A stretch of 63,908 nucleotides of DNA, the filler included, from Octopus bimaculoides (Eukaryota), in the NCBI RefSeq assembly GCF_001194135.2. It is 5 parts of 5 records of this genome, joined end to end, with 100 filler letters (N's around TTAATTAATTAA, not from the genome) between each part and the next. Parts side by side here need not be neighbours in the genome. Positions count along the whole stretch, not along the records: positions 12,097 to 42,666 come from NC_068990.1; 4 more parts are not named here. One strand, 5' to 3'. Shown here in pieces: positions 12,496 to 23,645 of this stretch. Every line of letters begins with the position of its first letter. Within the stretch, counting starts at the first letter, position 1. The position numbers and the translations under genes are program-made. Under the pieces are notes generated by a model, which saw only the letters and a program-made list of their open reading frames with translations, was not told the origin of the DNA and made no database searches.

Positions 12496-13504
12496 ATTGC
12501 TATTATTATTGCGCAAGTGAATTACATTGACCTCTGAAAGGATAAAAGCCAAGTCAATCTCAGCGGTATTTGTACTCAGAACGTATAGACGCACGAAATG
12601 TCGTTAAGTATTTAATCCGGTGGATTAATGATTCGGCTAGCTCATCACCTTAATGAATGTAAATAATGAAAAATGAAATAAGTTATTTATGAAAAGGAAA
12701 TTTAGTATTAATTATTCGGTATTACAAAAATGAATATTAGCGTAAAATGGGAACGGTTCTGTCGAGAGTTCTTTGACTTCTCAAAATGTTGGATTTAGCA
12801 GAAATGCATTCACAGAACTCATTTACGCTTTTCTTTTATGACTCCAAACACATTATTTACAGCTGGTGTTGTTCTGTCTTTTCTTGTCACATTCTGGTAA
12901 TCTCAATTTCTAGGTCTTTGTACTTCACATATTTGTCTTTCTTTTTTAGCAGTTGCAGCAACTTTGTCAGATGGTACAGTCATATCAATGAGTGGTCATG
13001 TTTTATTTCGAAAATCTTTAATGATAATATCAGGCTGATTAGCCTTTACAATGAGGCTTATATGGACTGTAAATCCCATAAAAGTGTTACGTTTTTAGCA
13101 CGCTTTACATGATAGTGTTTGTATAGCGTCTAGTGAAGGTGGTCCTTTCAAAAGGTTATGTTCTCCTAAAGTATAATTAAATGGAAATGATTGGCTTTTC
13201 AACGTCACTCAGTGTATTCTTAAATTCATGAACTAATTCACATTTAGAAGTAGCACCAATAAACATTTTCCTTTGGAACACGTAACTATTATACCAAGAA
13301 TCTATATTGTTTATTTTCTTACTAATTTTTTTTTATTATACTAATAATGAAATTATTGTATGTAGTGCTCAGGTGCACTACAACTCATCAAAAGTGCACG
13401 TGCAGTACATACAATTATGTACAAAAGTGAGGAAGTGGACAGTGTATGAGTGATGATCTACATGTGCACATGCGCATCTCAAACGGCGTTTATCTTATTT
13501 CTTA

Positions 13505-14075
13505 TGATCTTTTCAACTCTAGGCACAAAGCCCGAAATTTTTGGGGAGGCGGGGGCAGTCGATTCGATCGATTAGATCGACCCCAGTACGCAACTGGTAC
13601 TTAATTTATCGGCGGAATTTGAACTCAGAACGTTGTTGTTTGTTGGCACTCCGTCGCTTTCGACGTCGAAGGTTCCATTTGATCCGATCAACGGAACAGC
13701 CTGCTCGTGAAATTAACGTGCAAGTGGCTGAGCATTCCACAGACACGTGTACCCTTAACGTAGTTCTCGGGGATATTCAGCGTGACACAGTGTGTGACAA
13801 GGCTGACCCTTTGAATTACAGGCACCACAGAAACAGGAAGTAAGAGTGAGAGAAAGTTGTGGTGGAAGAGTACAGCAGGCTTCGCCACCATCCCCTGCCG
13901 GAGCCTCGTGGAGCTTTAGGTGTTTTCGCTCAATAAACACTCACAACGCCCGGTCTGGGAATCGAAACCGCGATCCTATGACCGCGAGTCCGCTGCCCTA
14001 ACCACTGGGCCATTGCACCTCCACTCTCAGAACGTAAAGACAGACGAAATACCGCTAAGCATTTCGCCGCATTTC
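13505..14075 (-). mobile_element. SINE family A split by a nested SINE and truncated at its 5' end
   Basis: Tail and core at 13505-13633, resuming at 14026-14075; CTCAGAACGT is duplicated at 13624-13633 and 14026-14035. Confidence 0.85.
13634..14025 (-). mobile_element. Full-length ~390-bp tRNA-derived SINE with (AAC)n tail and 10-bp TSD
   Basis: Minus-strand A-box TGGCCCAGTGGTTAGGGC, B-box GGTTTCGATTCC, (AAC)n tail, perfect TSD CTCAGAACGT. Confidence 0.9.
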
Positions 14076-14260
14076 TTATTCCTTATGATGGTTTCTGACC
14101 TTGTTGAGATCTCGAAAACACCGACTCCATCCGACGGATATTTGTCCTCATCTTGTTTGTTGTTAATACAACGTTTCGGCTGTTGTATCCTCCAGCCTTC
14201 TTCAGGTGTCTTGGGGAAATTTCGAACCTGGGTTCTCATTCCTAAGGTATTTTTCGATGT

Positions 14261-14299
<39 letters not shown>

Positions 14300-14458
14300 T
14301 ATTATTATTATTATTATTATTATTGTTGTTGTTCAGGTCACTGCTTGGAATCGAACTCGGAATCTTGGGGTTAGTAGCCCGCTCTCTTAACCACTACGCC
14401 CGCGGGCATATGGCGTAGTGGTTAAGATTCCGTGTTCAATTTCAAGCAATGACCTGAA
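14076..14458 (-). mobile_element. Composite element: palindromic tRNA-like head, (AAT)n/(TTA)n, hammerhead-bearing body (Penelope-terminal-repeat-like)
   Basis: Head-to-head tRNA-like copies at 14332-14400 (-) and 14412-14458 (+). The body ACATCGAAAAATACCTTAGGAATGAGAACCCAGGTTCGAAATTTCCCCAAGACACCTGAAGAAGGCTG... is shared with 56790-57023. Confidence 0.75.
14165..14210 (-). ncRNA. Minimal type I hammerhead ribozyme motif
   Basis: GACAC-CTGAAGA-A-GGCTG(GAGGATACAA)CAGCC-GAAA-CG-T-T-GTATT: conserved core, perfect 5-bp stem II, palindromic ACGT stem III, stem I with one mismatch and one G-U. Confidence 0.75.
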
Positions 14459-14984
14459 TGTTTAAGGGAATAGTATTTTTTTTTATTGAAGGTATTATAC
14501 AAGAAGAAAAGAAATAACCATATGAAAATGTGAAACTAATTCCCGTTAATATTGAAACGATGTTGGCACGGGTAGCAAGGTAAGGGAGGTAACCCCGTAA
14601 ATATTGTAAAGAGTTACAGAAACTGAACAGAAGAACTCATTATGATGGTTGATACTGTTCATTACATTCTATTTTCGAAACCATTGCTAGAGTGGCACGA
14701 ACGTCATCAGATCACCTGCTCTGCTCATATGTTTATCAGTAGATTTCTCTATATTTGAGTCATCTAAGGTGATTATTATCAGTTTATAGAATTGATCAGA
14801 CATCCTGGAAAAAGATTAAAATTTATGCACTTTTAGTATTGAACTAATTCACAGCTACGGAGAAATGAATTTAAAGACACTGTTTGGATGCTTAGCTGAA
14901 GTAACTTCATCTTACTAACATTCATAAATAGCAAGAGTTAACAAGTGAGACAGAGACAGGCAGAAACAAGAAAAATGCCGCTGT

Positions 14985-15169
14985 TACTTGAATACTATAT
15001 AAATATGTCTCTAAAAAGACTTTTCTTTTAAATTTACCAAAATTTAATTTTTCAATAATTTTTCAAAAATCTATTATTCATATTTACTGTTGAAAAGATC
15101 TCAAAGATCGAAACCGGTTCTGTAATGTTCTTTATAAAAGTATTTTAGCATTTTCTACTTTGTTTTTTT
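14985..15169 (+). mobile_element. ~185-bp dispersed repeat carrying a hammerhead-like motif (second copy inverted at 20615-20800)
   Basis: Near-identical (about 90% by eye) to the reverse complement of 20615-20800. Confidence 0.8.
15085..15124 (+). ncRNA. Hammerhead ribozyme-like motif with U3-A8 core
   Basis: TACTG-TTGAAAA-GATC(TCAAA)GATC-GAAA-CCGG-T-T-CTGTA: canonical spacing, 4-bp stem II, palindromic ACCGGT stem III, stem I with one U-U mismatch. Confidence 0.6.
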
Positions 15170-15179
15170 NNNNNNNNNN

Positions 15180-15211
<32 letters not shown>

Positions 15212-15480
15212 GGTATGTATGTATGTATACCTATGTGTCTGTGTCTTTGCGTTTGAGATTTCCCCTATCACCCCTGCTTGACCGGTTTTGGTTTGTTTAC
15301 GGACCCGTAACTTAGTGGTTCGGCAAAAAGAGAAAAAAGGTAAGTACTATGCTAATAAATAAATAAATAAATAAATAAATAAGTATTGGGGTTGATTCAT
15401 TCAACTAAAAGTTCTTTAAGAGTCTGCCCCAGCATGGCCACAGTCTAACGACTGAATCACAAAGAAGATAAAACGTAAAA
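15180..15480 (+). mobile_element. SINE family B, 3' half (internal TA/TG microsatellite)
   Basis: CCCGTAACTTAGTGGTTCGGCAAAA...GCCCCAGCATGGCCACAGTC..GACTGAA motifs shared with 31094-31490 and 44495-45585. Confidence 0.8.
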
Positions 15481-16334
15481 TACAAAAAGGAACATTTATT
15501 ATTTAAAAAATAGACGAAAATCTGTTTGATTCTTAACTCAGAAAAACGAAAAACTAATTAGCTACTGATCAATGTCCAAGTAAGTGATAATGGCGCTCTC
15601 TGATAATGGAATAGGTTCAATTTTGAAGACAGAATGGTGTAGTCGAATGAACGTATTCAACATATGCCTGTCACTTGATATAGTCCGTTGATTCAAGACA
15701 GTACAAGTAAGAAACTGTTCCGGAAGAATTTCAATTCCACTCTGCACAAATTTGTGGGCACTAGATAATAGTTGAACTGAAAACTATGGAGAATTTCTCT
15801 AGTATAGGAATAATGTATTCAAATCAACACTGTTGCTGGCATCTATTATTCATGGAAAAGTTCAGCGTCTGCTTCAACATTATTCTTTCAATAACTATAG
15901 TGAATTCATGTACTGGATTATAATTCATGCATTCACTGATACTGCTATTCATATTCTGTCACTCGAAAATATCGTAGCAAGTTATGATAATATACGGGAG
16001 GTAACTCTTTAGGAGAGTTTTCTCCCTTCAATCTACATTTGATTTATGATTTTCTTGAGCAAGTGCTAAATAAAATGTAATTACAATTCGAAAGTATATT
16101 AATTACAGCAATATCTCACTTTACGAGGACCCGCTTTACGAGACCCGTGTTTACGAGTTTTGTTTTATTATAAATTTTTCAAGCAAAACATCTAAATTTT
16201 GAACGAAGTGCAAGATTTTCTGCTACCATAACAAATGCTTATAGAATGCGAAAAATAGCTTCTTCTAAGCAAACAATTCTAGATTTGTTTTTTAAAAAGA
16301 AATCTACAAGTCATCTACAAGTGATGATGTGTGC

Positions 16335-16477
16335 GGGCACTGCACACATCCTACGCAAAACACTTTCAATACAAAAACCATAAGAGCACCACAGCAAACC
16401 ACAGCACATACCCAAGGCGTACAGAGCTGCGCTCGGTAGTGAAGTGAAAGCACGTTATAAAAATAAAACTACTGAAC

Positions 16478-16535
<58 letters not shown>
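16335..16535 (+). mobile_element. Severely 5'-truncated R4/Dong-like LINE (last codons, 3'UTR, (TAA)n)
   Basis: GGCACTGCACACATCCTACGCAAAACACTTTCAATAC (GTAHILRKTLSI) and a 3'UTR nearly identical to 17865-18005. Confidence 0.9.
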
Positions 16536-16541
<6 letters not shown>

Positions 16542-18045
16542 CAAGATAATAGGTATTAACACTGTAGCTGTCCCAGTTATAAGTTACAGTTACACTATCC
16601 TTAACTGGACACTAAACGAACTATCTAAAATAGACAGGAAAAAAGAAAAATAATGACAGGATATAGGATGTACCACCCAAAATCTGACATAGAAAGGCTA
16701 TATATACAACGCACAGGAGGTGGCAGGGGTCTTATACAGCTGCAAAGCTATTATAAAATAACCACCATAGGACTGCAAAAATACCTACTCCAGAAGCAAG
16801 GACAACTAATACAAATAGCCACAAAACACGAGCAAAACAAAAAACTGTTTACAATATTTAAGGAAGCTGACAAATACAAACAAGACATCAATCTACCTAA
16901 CAAATACGAAGACGAAGAAGACGAAACAACAAAAGCTATNNNNNNNNNNNNNNNNNNNNNNNNNNNNNNNNNNNNNNNNNNNNNNNNNNNNNNNNNNNNN
17001 NNNNNNNNNNNNNNNNNNNNNNNNNNNNNNNNNNNNNNNNNNNNNNNNNNNNNNNNNNNNNNNNNNNNNNNNNNNNNNNNNNNNNNNNNNNNNNNNNNNN
17101 NNNNNNNNNNNNNNNNNNNNNNNNNNNNNNNNNNNNNNNNNNNNNNNNNNNNNNNNNNNNNNNNNNNNNNNNNNNNNNNNNNNNNNNNNNNNNNNNNNNN
17201 NNNNNNNNNNNNNNNNNNNNNNNNNNNNNNNNNNNNNNNNNNNNNNNNNNNNNNNNNNNNNNNNNNNNNNNNNNNNNNNNNNNNNNNNNNNNNNNNNNNN
17301 NNNNNNNNNNNNNNNNNNNNNNNNNNNNNNNNNNNNNNNNNNNNNNNNNNNNNNNNNNNNNNNNNNNNNNNNNNNNNNNNNNNNNNNNNNNNNNNNNNNN
17401 NNNNNNNNNNNNNNNNNNNNNNNNNNNNNNNNNNNNNNNNNNNNNNNNNNNNNNNNNNNNNNNNNNNNNNNNNNNNNNNNNNNNNNNNNNNNNNNNNNNN
17501 NNNNNNNNNNNNNNNNNNNNNNNNNNNNNNNNNNNNNNNNNNNNNNNNNNNNNNNNNNNNNNNNNNNNNNNNNNNNNNNNNNNNNNNNNNNNNNNNNNNN
17601 NNNNNNNNNNNNNNNNNNNNNNNNNNNNNNNGCTTTCTAATTGATGTATCAATACCAGCAGATGACAACGTTTCCCTAAAAGAAATACAAAAACTTTCAA
17701 AATACAAAGACCTGGAAATAGAGGTAACTCGAATGTGGAATCTAAAAACAGAAACAATTCCTATCATAGTAGGTGCCTTAGGTATAATAAAAAAATATTC
17801 AGACAAATACATAACAAAACACCAGGACTTACAAATATATATAACACAGAAAATTGCACTACTGGGCACTGCACACATCCTACGCAAAACACTTTCAATA
17901 CAGTAACCATAAGAGCATCACAGCAAACCACAACACATACCCAAGGCACACAGAGCTGCGCTCGGTAGCGAAGTGAAAGCACGTTATAAAAATAAATCTA
18001 CTGAACAACAACAACAACAATAATAATAATAATAATAATAATATT
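16536..18045 (+). mobile_element. R4/Dong-like LINE, 5'-truncated (post-RT region plus RLE endonuclease end)
   Basis: INTVAVPVISYS..NWTLNELSKIDRK, YHPKSDIERLYIQRTGGGRGLIQL, then after the gap LIDVSIP.D.NV..KE..KLSKYKDL..E..RMW....IPIIVGALG...QKIALLGTAHILRKTLSIQ* and a (CAA)/(TAA) tail. Confidence 0.95.
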
Positions 18046-18627
18046 TTTTTTATTATAAATGATCCTGGCATTCTTTTTAGTTTACATAAAATATTCCTTA
18101 TATTCTACTGTTGCTTTATTGACATTTATTTACAAGTATTATAAATTTTATTGGTGAAATATTTTTCTTGGAACGAATTACGATTTATAACATTGCTACT
18201 ATGGGAAATTATTGCTCTGCTTTACGAATTTTCGTTGTACGAATGACTTGCGGGAAGAAATTAACTCTGATTCTGGTATCGACGTACTAAAAATCAATCA
18301 TACTACAACATACTACAAAGGTTATACTTGTGGGCTAATATTAAGTAGAAATTTCCACGTAGACACAACTATGTAAGCGGCAGTAGCTTGTATTTCAATA
18401 ACCGGTGTGACAATAATAACAGGTAGATTGACTTTCAAATGGTCATATTGCCCTTTTCTGGTGTTTATTTCAAACTTCAGGAAAACGAATTTCCAATTCA
18501 ACCTTGATGAAATAATTATTCTAACGATAATTAGACTTGTTTCATTGCACTCGCCTAAATTCATTATAAATTACCATTTTAATTGGAGAAACTCAGAAAA
18601 CAAATCCCTTGCTCATTACTCTGCCGC

Positions 18628-18830
18628 TTAAGGCGGCAAGATGGCGTAGTCTTAGTACACCGGGCAAAATGTGTCGTCTGTCTATTCATTCTGAGTTAAA
18701 ATTCTGCCGAGGTCGACTTTGCCTTTCATCCATTCGGGGAAAACAAAATAAACACCAGGCAAGTACTGAGGTCAATGTAATCGGCTTTCCTCTTGCCCCG
18801 AAATTGTTGGCTTTGTGCCGAAATCATTAT
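18628..18830 (+). mobile_element. SINE family A
   Basis: AAGGCGGCAAGATGGC head and GCCGAGGTCGACTTTGCCTTTCATCC core. Confidence 0.8.
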
Positions 18831-20614
18831 TCAGAATCCTTAGAACAAGTATTCTGTTGTTAAACTTGCTTGTTTTCTTCCTTTGATTAAAACACTCTCA
18901 TCTTAACATGATATTTCCTCAAATCATGCCTCAGTCGCAGACACATCTTACATCTTCTGTTTTCCTTCCTGATGTGTTTTGCACCCTGACGAAATATCTT
19001 TCAGATTCAGATATACATAATATAATATATTCTTTTCTTTCTAGTACCTTCCTCCTCACATTTTTTTTCTATATTAATCTCGTATTTTTAATGATGATTT
19101 CATTCTGTTGTTACTTATTGTCACTTCTTAGTCTAATTATATCCACTCCCTGCTACCTTGCTGGTGCAGCTAATCATTTTGTCCGGCGTGATAACGATTC
19201 CACTCGTTCGCCGCATTTAATATATTAAATGTCGTCCACAAAAAAATCTGTTTAGCTAGTCTTACAAGGGAGACTACTCTATCAAATATTATGCAGAGTT
19301 GAGAAACCTGCAAAGCTCCTACCTTCGCATGTTTTTTTTTTCACATATAGTAATCAGTATCTGGGAACAAATTAAATTCATTATTAGCGTTAAAAAAAAA
19401 CAAAAAAACAATTTTGTATCAAACAAATGTACTTTTTGCTGACGAAGAAGATGATAAATATCGATAGATTGATTTAGAGATATTATTTCGAATAAAAGTT
19501 GGAAGTATCTGCATAGTCATTCGATTTAATAGAAGTGACGGCTATATAATCTGTATATCATCACGTATTCTAATAAAAAAAAAGTGGGCTATATGTGTGT
19601 GTGTGTGTGTGTGTGTGTATGTACGTATATATATATATATATANNNNNNNNNNNNNNNNNNNNNNNNNNNNNNNNNNNNNNNNNNNNNNNNNNNNNNNNN
19701 NNNNNNNNNNNNNNNNNNNNNNNNNNNNNNNNNNNNNNNNNNNNNNNNNNNNNNNNNNNNNNNNNNNNNNNNNNNNNNNNNNNNNNNNNNNNNNNNNNNN
19801 NNNNNNNNNNNNNNNNNNNNNNNNNNNNNNNNNNNNNNNNNNNNNNNNNNNNNNNNNNNNNNNNNNNNNNNNNNNNNNNNNNNNNNNNNNNNNNNNNNNN
19901 NNNNNNNNNNNNNNNNNNNNNNNNNNNNNNNNNNNNNNNNNNNNNNNNNNNNNNNNNNNNNNNNNNNNNNNNNNNNNNNNNNNNNNNNNNNNNNNNNNNN
20001 NNNNNNNNNNNNNNNNNNNNNNNNNNNNNNNNNNNNNNNNNNNNNNNNNNNNNNNNNNNNNNNNNNNNNNNNNNNNNNNNNNNNNNNNNNNNNNNNNNNN
20101 NNNNNNNNNNNNNNNNNNNNNNNNNNNNNNNNNNNNNNNNNNNNNNNNNNNNNNNNNNNNNNNNNNNNNNNNNNNNNNNNNNNNNNNNNNNNNNNNNNNN
20201 NNNNNNNNNNNNNNNNNNNNNNNNNNNNNNNNNNNNNNNNNNNNNNNNNNNNNNNNNNNNNNNNNNNNNNNNNNNNNNNNNNNNNNNNNNNNNNNNNNNN
20301 NNNNNNNNNNNNNNNNNNNNNNNNNNNNNNNNNNNNNNNNNNNNNNNNNNNNNNNNNNNNNNNNNNNNNNNNNNNNNNNNNNNNNNNNNNNNNNNNNNNN
20401 NNNNNNNNNNNNNNNNNNNNNNNNNNNNNNNNNNNNNNNNNNNNNNNNNNNNNNNNNNNNNNNNNNNNNNNNNNNNNNNNNNNNNNNNNNNNNNNNNNNN
20501 NNNNNNNNNNNNNNNNNNNNNNNNNNNNNNNNNNNNNNNNNNNNNNNNNNNNNNNNNNNNNNNNNNNNNNNNNNNNNNNNNNNNNNNNNNNNNNNNNNNN
20601 NNNTATATATATGA

Positions 20615-20800
20615 AAAAAAGACAAAGTAGAAAATGCTAAAATACTTTTATAAAGAACGTAACAGAACCGGTTTCGATCCTTGAGATCTTTTCAACAGTA
20701 AATATGAATAATAAAGTTTTGAAAAATTATTGAAAAATTAAATTTTGGTAAATTTAAAAGAAAAGTCTTTTTAAAGACATATTTGTATAGTATTCAAATA
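20615..20800 (-). mobile_element. Second copy of the U3-A8 hammerhead-bearing repeat
   Basis: The minus strand reads TACTG-TTGAAAAA-GATC(TCAAG)GATC-GAAA-CCGG-T-T-CTGTT at about 20661-20701; the copy abuts (TA)n. Confidence 0.8.
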
Positions 20801-21409
20801 CATAAGCAAAAAATAGACGATAGTCTTCACTTACAAGCCTGTAGGTTTTGGTAGTAAATACATAGCTTGTTCTTTTACACACGAATGTATTTGAGAAGAA
20901 ACCACATTTGACTAAGCGAGATATCGAGGATGTAACAGCTGGATGGAGAGAAGGAACCACCAGGTACACATTTTTCGCTGAGTAAACTAGTGTAACGTTT
21001 GTGACAGTGCCTTGCGCTAAGCTACAACGTGCCGTACTATCCAGGAATGGAATCCCAAACCTAATGATCACAAGGGAAAACACGAAAGACATACAACAGA
21101 GGCATTGCAACTATAAAAGATTCAGACATCAATTTGAAATGCCTCAAATTATTAACATTGCAGAGGAAAACACAGAGAAATCGGTTTGTTTGAGAAGTAG
21201 AGCAGGTTTGAGAACGGCATGAATAAGGTAGTAGACTGCAACGAAAAGACCTTGACGAAGCAACTGGTTGATTGATGAAATAATTAATTAATTAGTTAAC
21301 TAGTTAACTGATAATAACGAATACAGCATGTGCGCGTGTTTTGTTGGCAAAGCTTCCATCCAGGTTACAAGAACGTGCGCGCACGCACACACACACGTAC
21401 ACACACACG

Positions 21410-21467
<58 letters not shown>

Positions 21468-22326
21468 NNNNNNNNNNNNNNNNNNNNNNNNNNNNNNNNN
21501 NNNNNNNNNNNNNNNNNNNNNNNNNNNNNNNNNNNNNNNNNNNNNNNNNNNNNNNNNNNNNNNNNNNNNNNNNNNNNNNNNNNNNNNNNNNNNNNNNNNN
21601 NNNNNNNNNNNNNNNNNNNNNNNNNNNNNNNNNNNNNNNNNNNNNNNNNNNNNNNNNNNNNNNNNNNNNNNNNNNNNNNNNNNNNNNNNNNNNNNNNNNN
21701 NNNNNNNNNNNNNNNNNNNNNNNNNNNNNNNNNNNNNNNNNNNNNNNNNNNNNNNNNNNNNNNNNNNNNNNNNNNNNNNNNNNNNNNNNNNNNNNNNNNN
21801 NNNNNNNNNNNNNNNNNNNNNNNNNNNNNNNNNNNNNNNNNNNNNNNNNNNNNNNNNNNNNNNNNNNNNNNNNNNNNNNNNNNNNNNNNNNNNNNNNNNN
21901 NNNNNNNNNNNNNNNNNNNNNNNNNNNNNNNNNNNNNNNNNNNNNNNNNNNNNNNNNNNNNNNNNNNNNNNNNNNNNNNNNNNNNNNNNNNNNNNNNNNN
22001 NNNNNNNNNNNNNNNNNNNNNNNNNNNNNNNNNNNNNNNNNNNNNNNNNNNNNNNNNNNNNNNNNNNNNNNNNNNNNNNNNNNNNNNNNNNNNNNNNNNN
22101 NNNNNNNNNNNNNNNNNNNNNNNNNNNNNNNNNNNNNNNNNNNNNNNNNNNNNNNNNNNNNNNNNNNNNNNNNNNNNNNNNNNNNNNNNNNNNNNNNNNN
22201 NNNNNNNNNNNNNNNNNAGATATGGTTCGGTGTTGTACAGTATTGACATATTGATTTCATCAAACCATATATTTTAAGGGGAAGAATAGTAGTATCTTTA
22301 GTGAATTTTACATGAAGTACGAAACA

Positions 22327-22675
22327 TAAGAGAATAAACCGAGCTGTGGGGTTAAGAAATTTGCTTTGCGATCATGAGGTTTTGGGTTTAGGTCCTTTGT
22401 GTGGAACATTGGGCAAATGACATCAACGGTTGCCTCGAGTCGAGCAAGTGCCTTGTGAGGGTGTTGTGTCGACGTCCCCAGGCGAAGAAGTAGGATCTCC
22501 CAAGACATATAAATAGCGGTAGTCTGGCCGTGGTAGGAGTGTTGAGTAACAGTCGAGTAGCAGTTGTGTAGCGGTTGAGAAGAGATCATCCGAAGGTGCT
22601 AGATAGCAGTAGTTTGAGATATAACAGAGGGAAAGTTGATACACGGAAACTGTGTGGAAGCCCGTCGAAGTGATT
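22327..22675 (+). mobile_element. Degenerate SINE family B, split by a solo LTR
   Basis: tRNA-like head and ...GCCTTGTGAG up to 22461; resumes as ACGGAAACTGTGTGGAAGCCCGTCG after 22631. Confidence 0.6.
22462..22626. mobile_element. 165-bp solo LTR with 5-bp TSD
   Basis: Termini TGTTGTGTC...GATATAACA (7/9 inverted match), perfect TSD GAGGG (22457-22461 and 22627-22631), internal TATAAATA. Confidence 0.75.
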
Positions 22676-23429
22676 GTCCCTGTTATTTCGACGGAGAAAA
22701 TGTCACCCAATTTAGCACTCTCACCTGACTTTAGATACCTTTAGCGGATTACCATCTATTGGAAACTTTCTGCTCACTTCTTTGATTTGAAGAAAACTTT
22801 ATCTGTTCCACTTGCCAGACCCAGAATCACTGAAAGTGGGAATGAATGCAGGCCTTCCTTCACTAAATTAATTTTTGAAGGAAAAGAAATGATATCCAAG
22901 AGAAGGCAAAATGTTTTAAACCGGGAACTAATCGCTAACTTGCTCAGGAAATATTTACTTTTGGCAATACAGCGTTCTTTCATCTCTTATCTCTGTTAGC
23001 ATCTCTACGACGATATCATATATTTCTCAGTCCAGCTTTCAGTCTTTATTTCTTCCACTACATCGTGTTTCCTTCACTATAGTATTATCTCTTGTACTTC
23101 AACAATATCTTTTGTATAACGTTATCTTTTTATCATCACACATCCTAAAACATCATTTAGTTATCACGGCATGTACATTATTATCATTTATTTCACAACG
23201 TTATCTTATTCTTATACAGTGTTATTTCCTCTACAATTAACTACCTTTTTCCATTCTGAAGAATATTCTCTTGTCTTCGTTATTTGTTTCTGACACAATA
23301 TTTAGAAAGATGTACAGTAGATTACATAAAACTTAGTATATCACTGGCGCATGTTTTACTGAAGCATGATGCAGGAAAAGCAAATTTTAAACAGATGAAG
23401 TTTGAATTCACAAGAACATATTTATATAT

Positions 23430-23645
23430 TGGTCTCAAATGTTGGCTCAAAGCAAGGAATTTTGGGGGAGGGGGTTAGTCGATTACATCGACCCCAGTAC
23501 TCAACTGGTACTTATTTTACCGACCCCGAAAAGATGAAAGGCAAAGTCGACCTTGGCGGAATTTGAGCATAGAACCTAAAGACAGACGAAAAGTCGCAAA
23601 GCATTTTGCTCGTCGTGCTAACGGTTCTGCCAGCTCGCCGCCTTA
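23430..23645 (-). mobile_element. SINE family A, near full length
   Basis: Core AAGTCGACCTTGGCGGAATTTGA and head ...GCCAGCTCGCCGCCTT as read on the plus strand. Confidence 0.9.

Larger units (their letters stand above)
16100..18290. mobile_element. Tigger/pogo-like non-autonomous element, interrupted by R4-like insertions at 16335-18045
   Basis: Repeated TTTACGAG subterminal motifs at about 16100-16170; GGAACGAATTA...CTATGGGAAA...TTTACGAA...GTACGAA pattern at about 18165-18270. Confidence 0.5.

Noticed and set aside
14332-14400. tRNA-Ser(ACT) gene
   Set aside because: Acceptor and T stems do not pair and there is no long variable arm; treated as a tRNA-derived element head.
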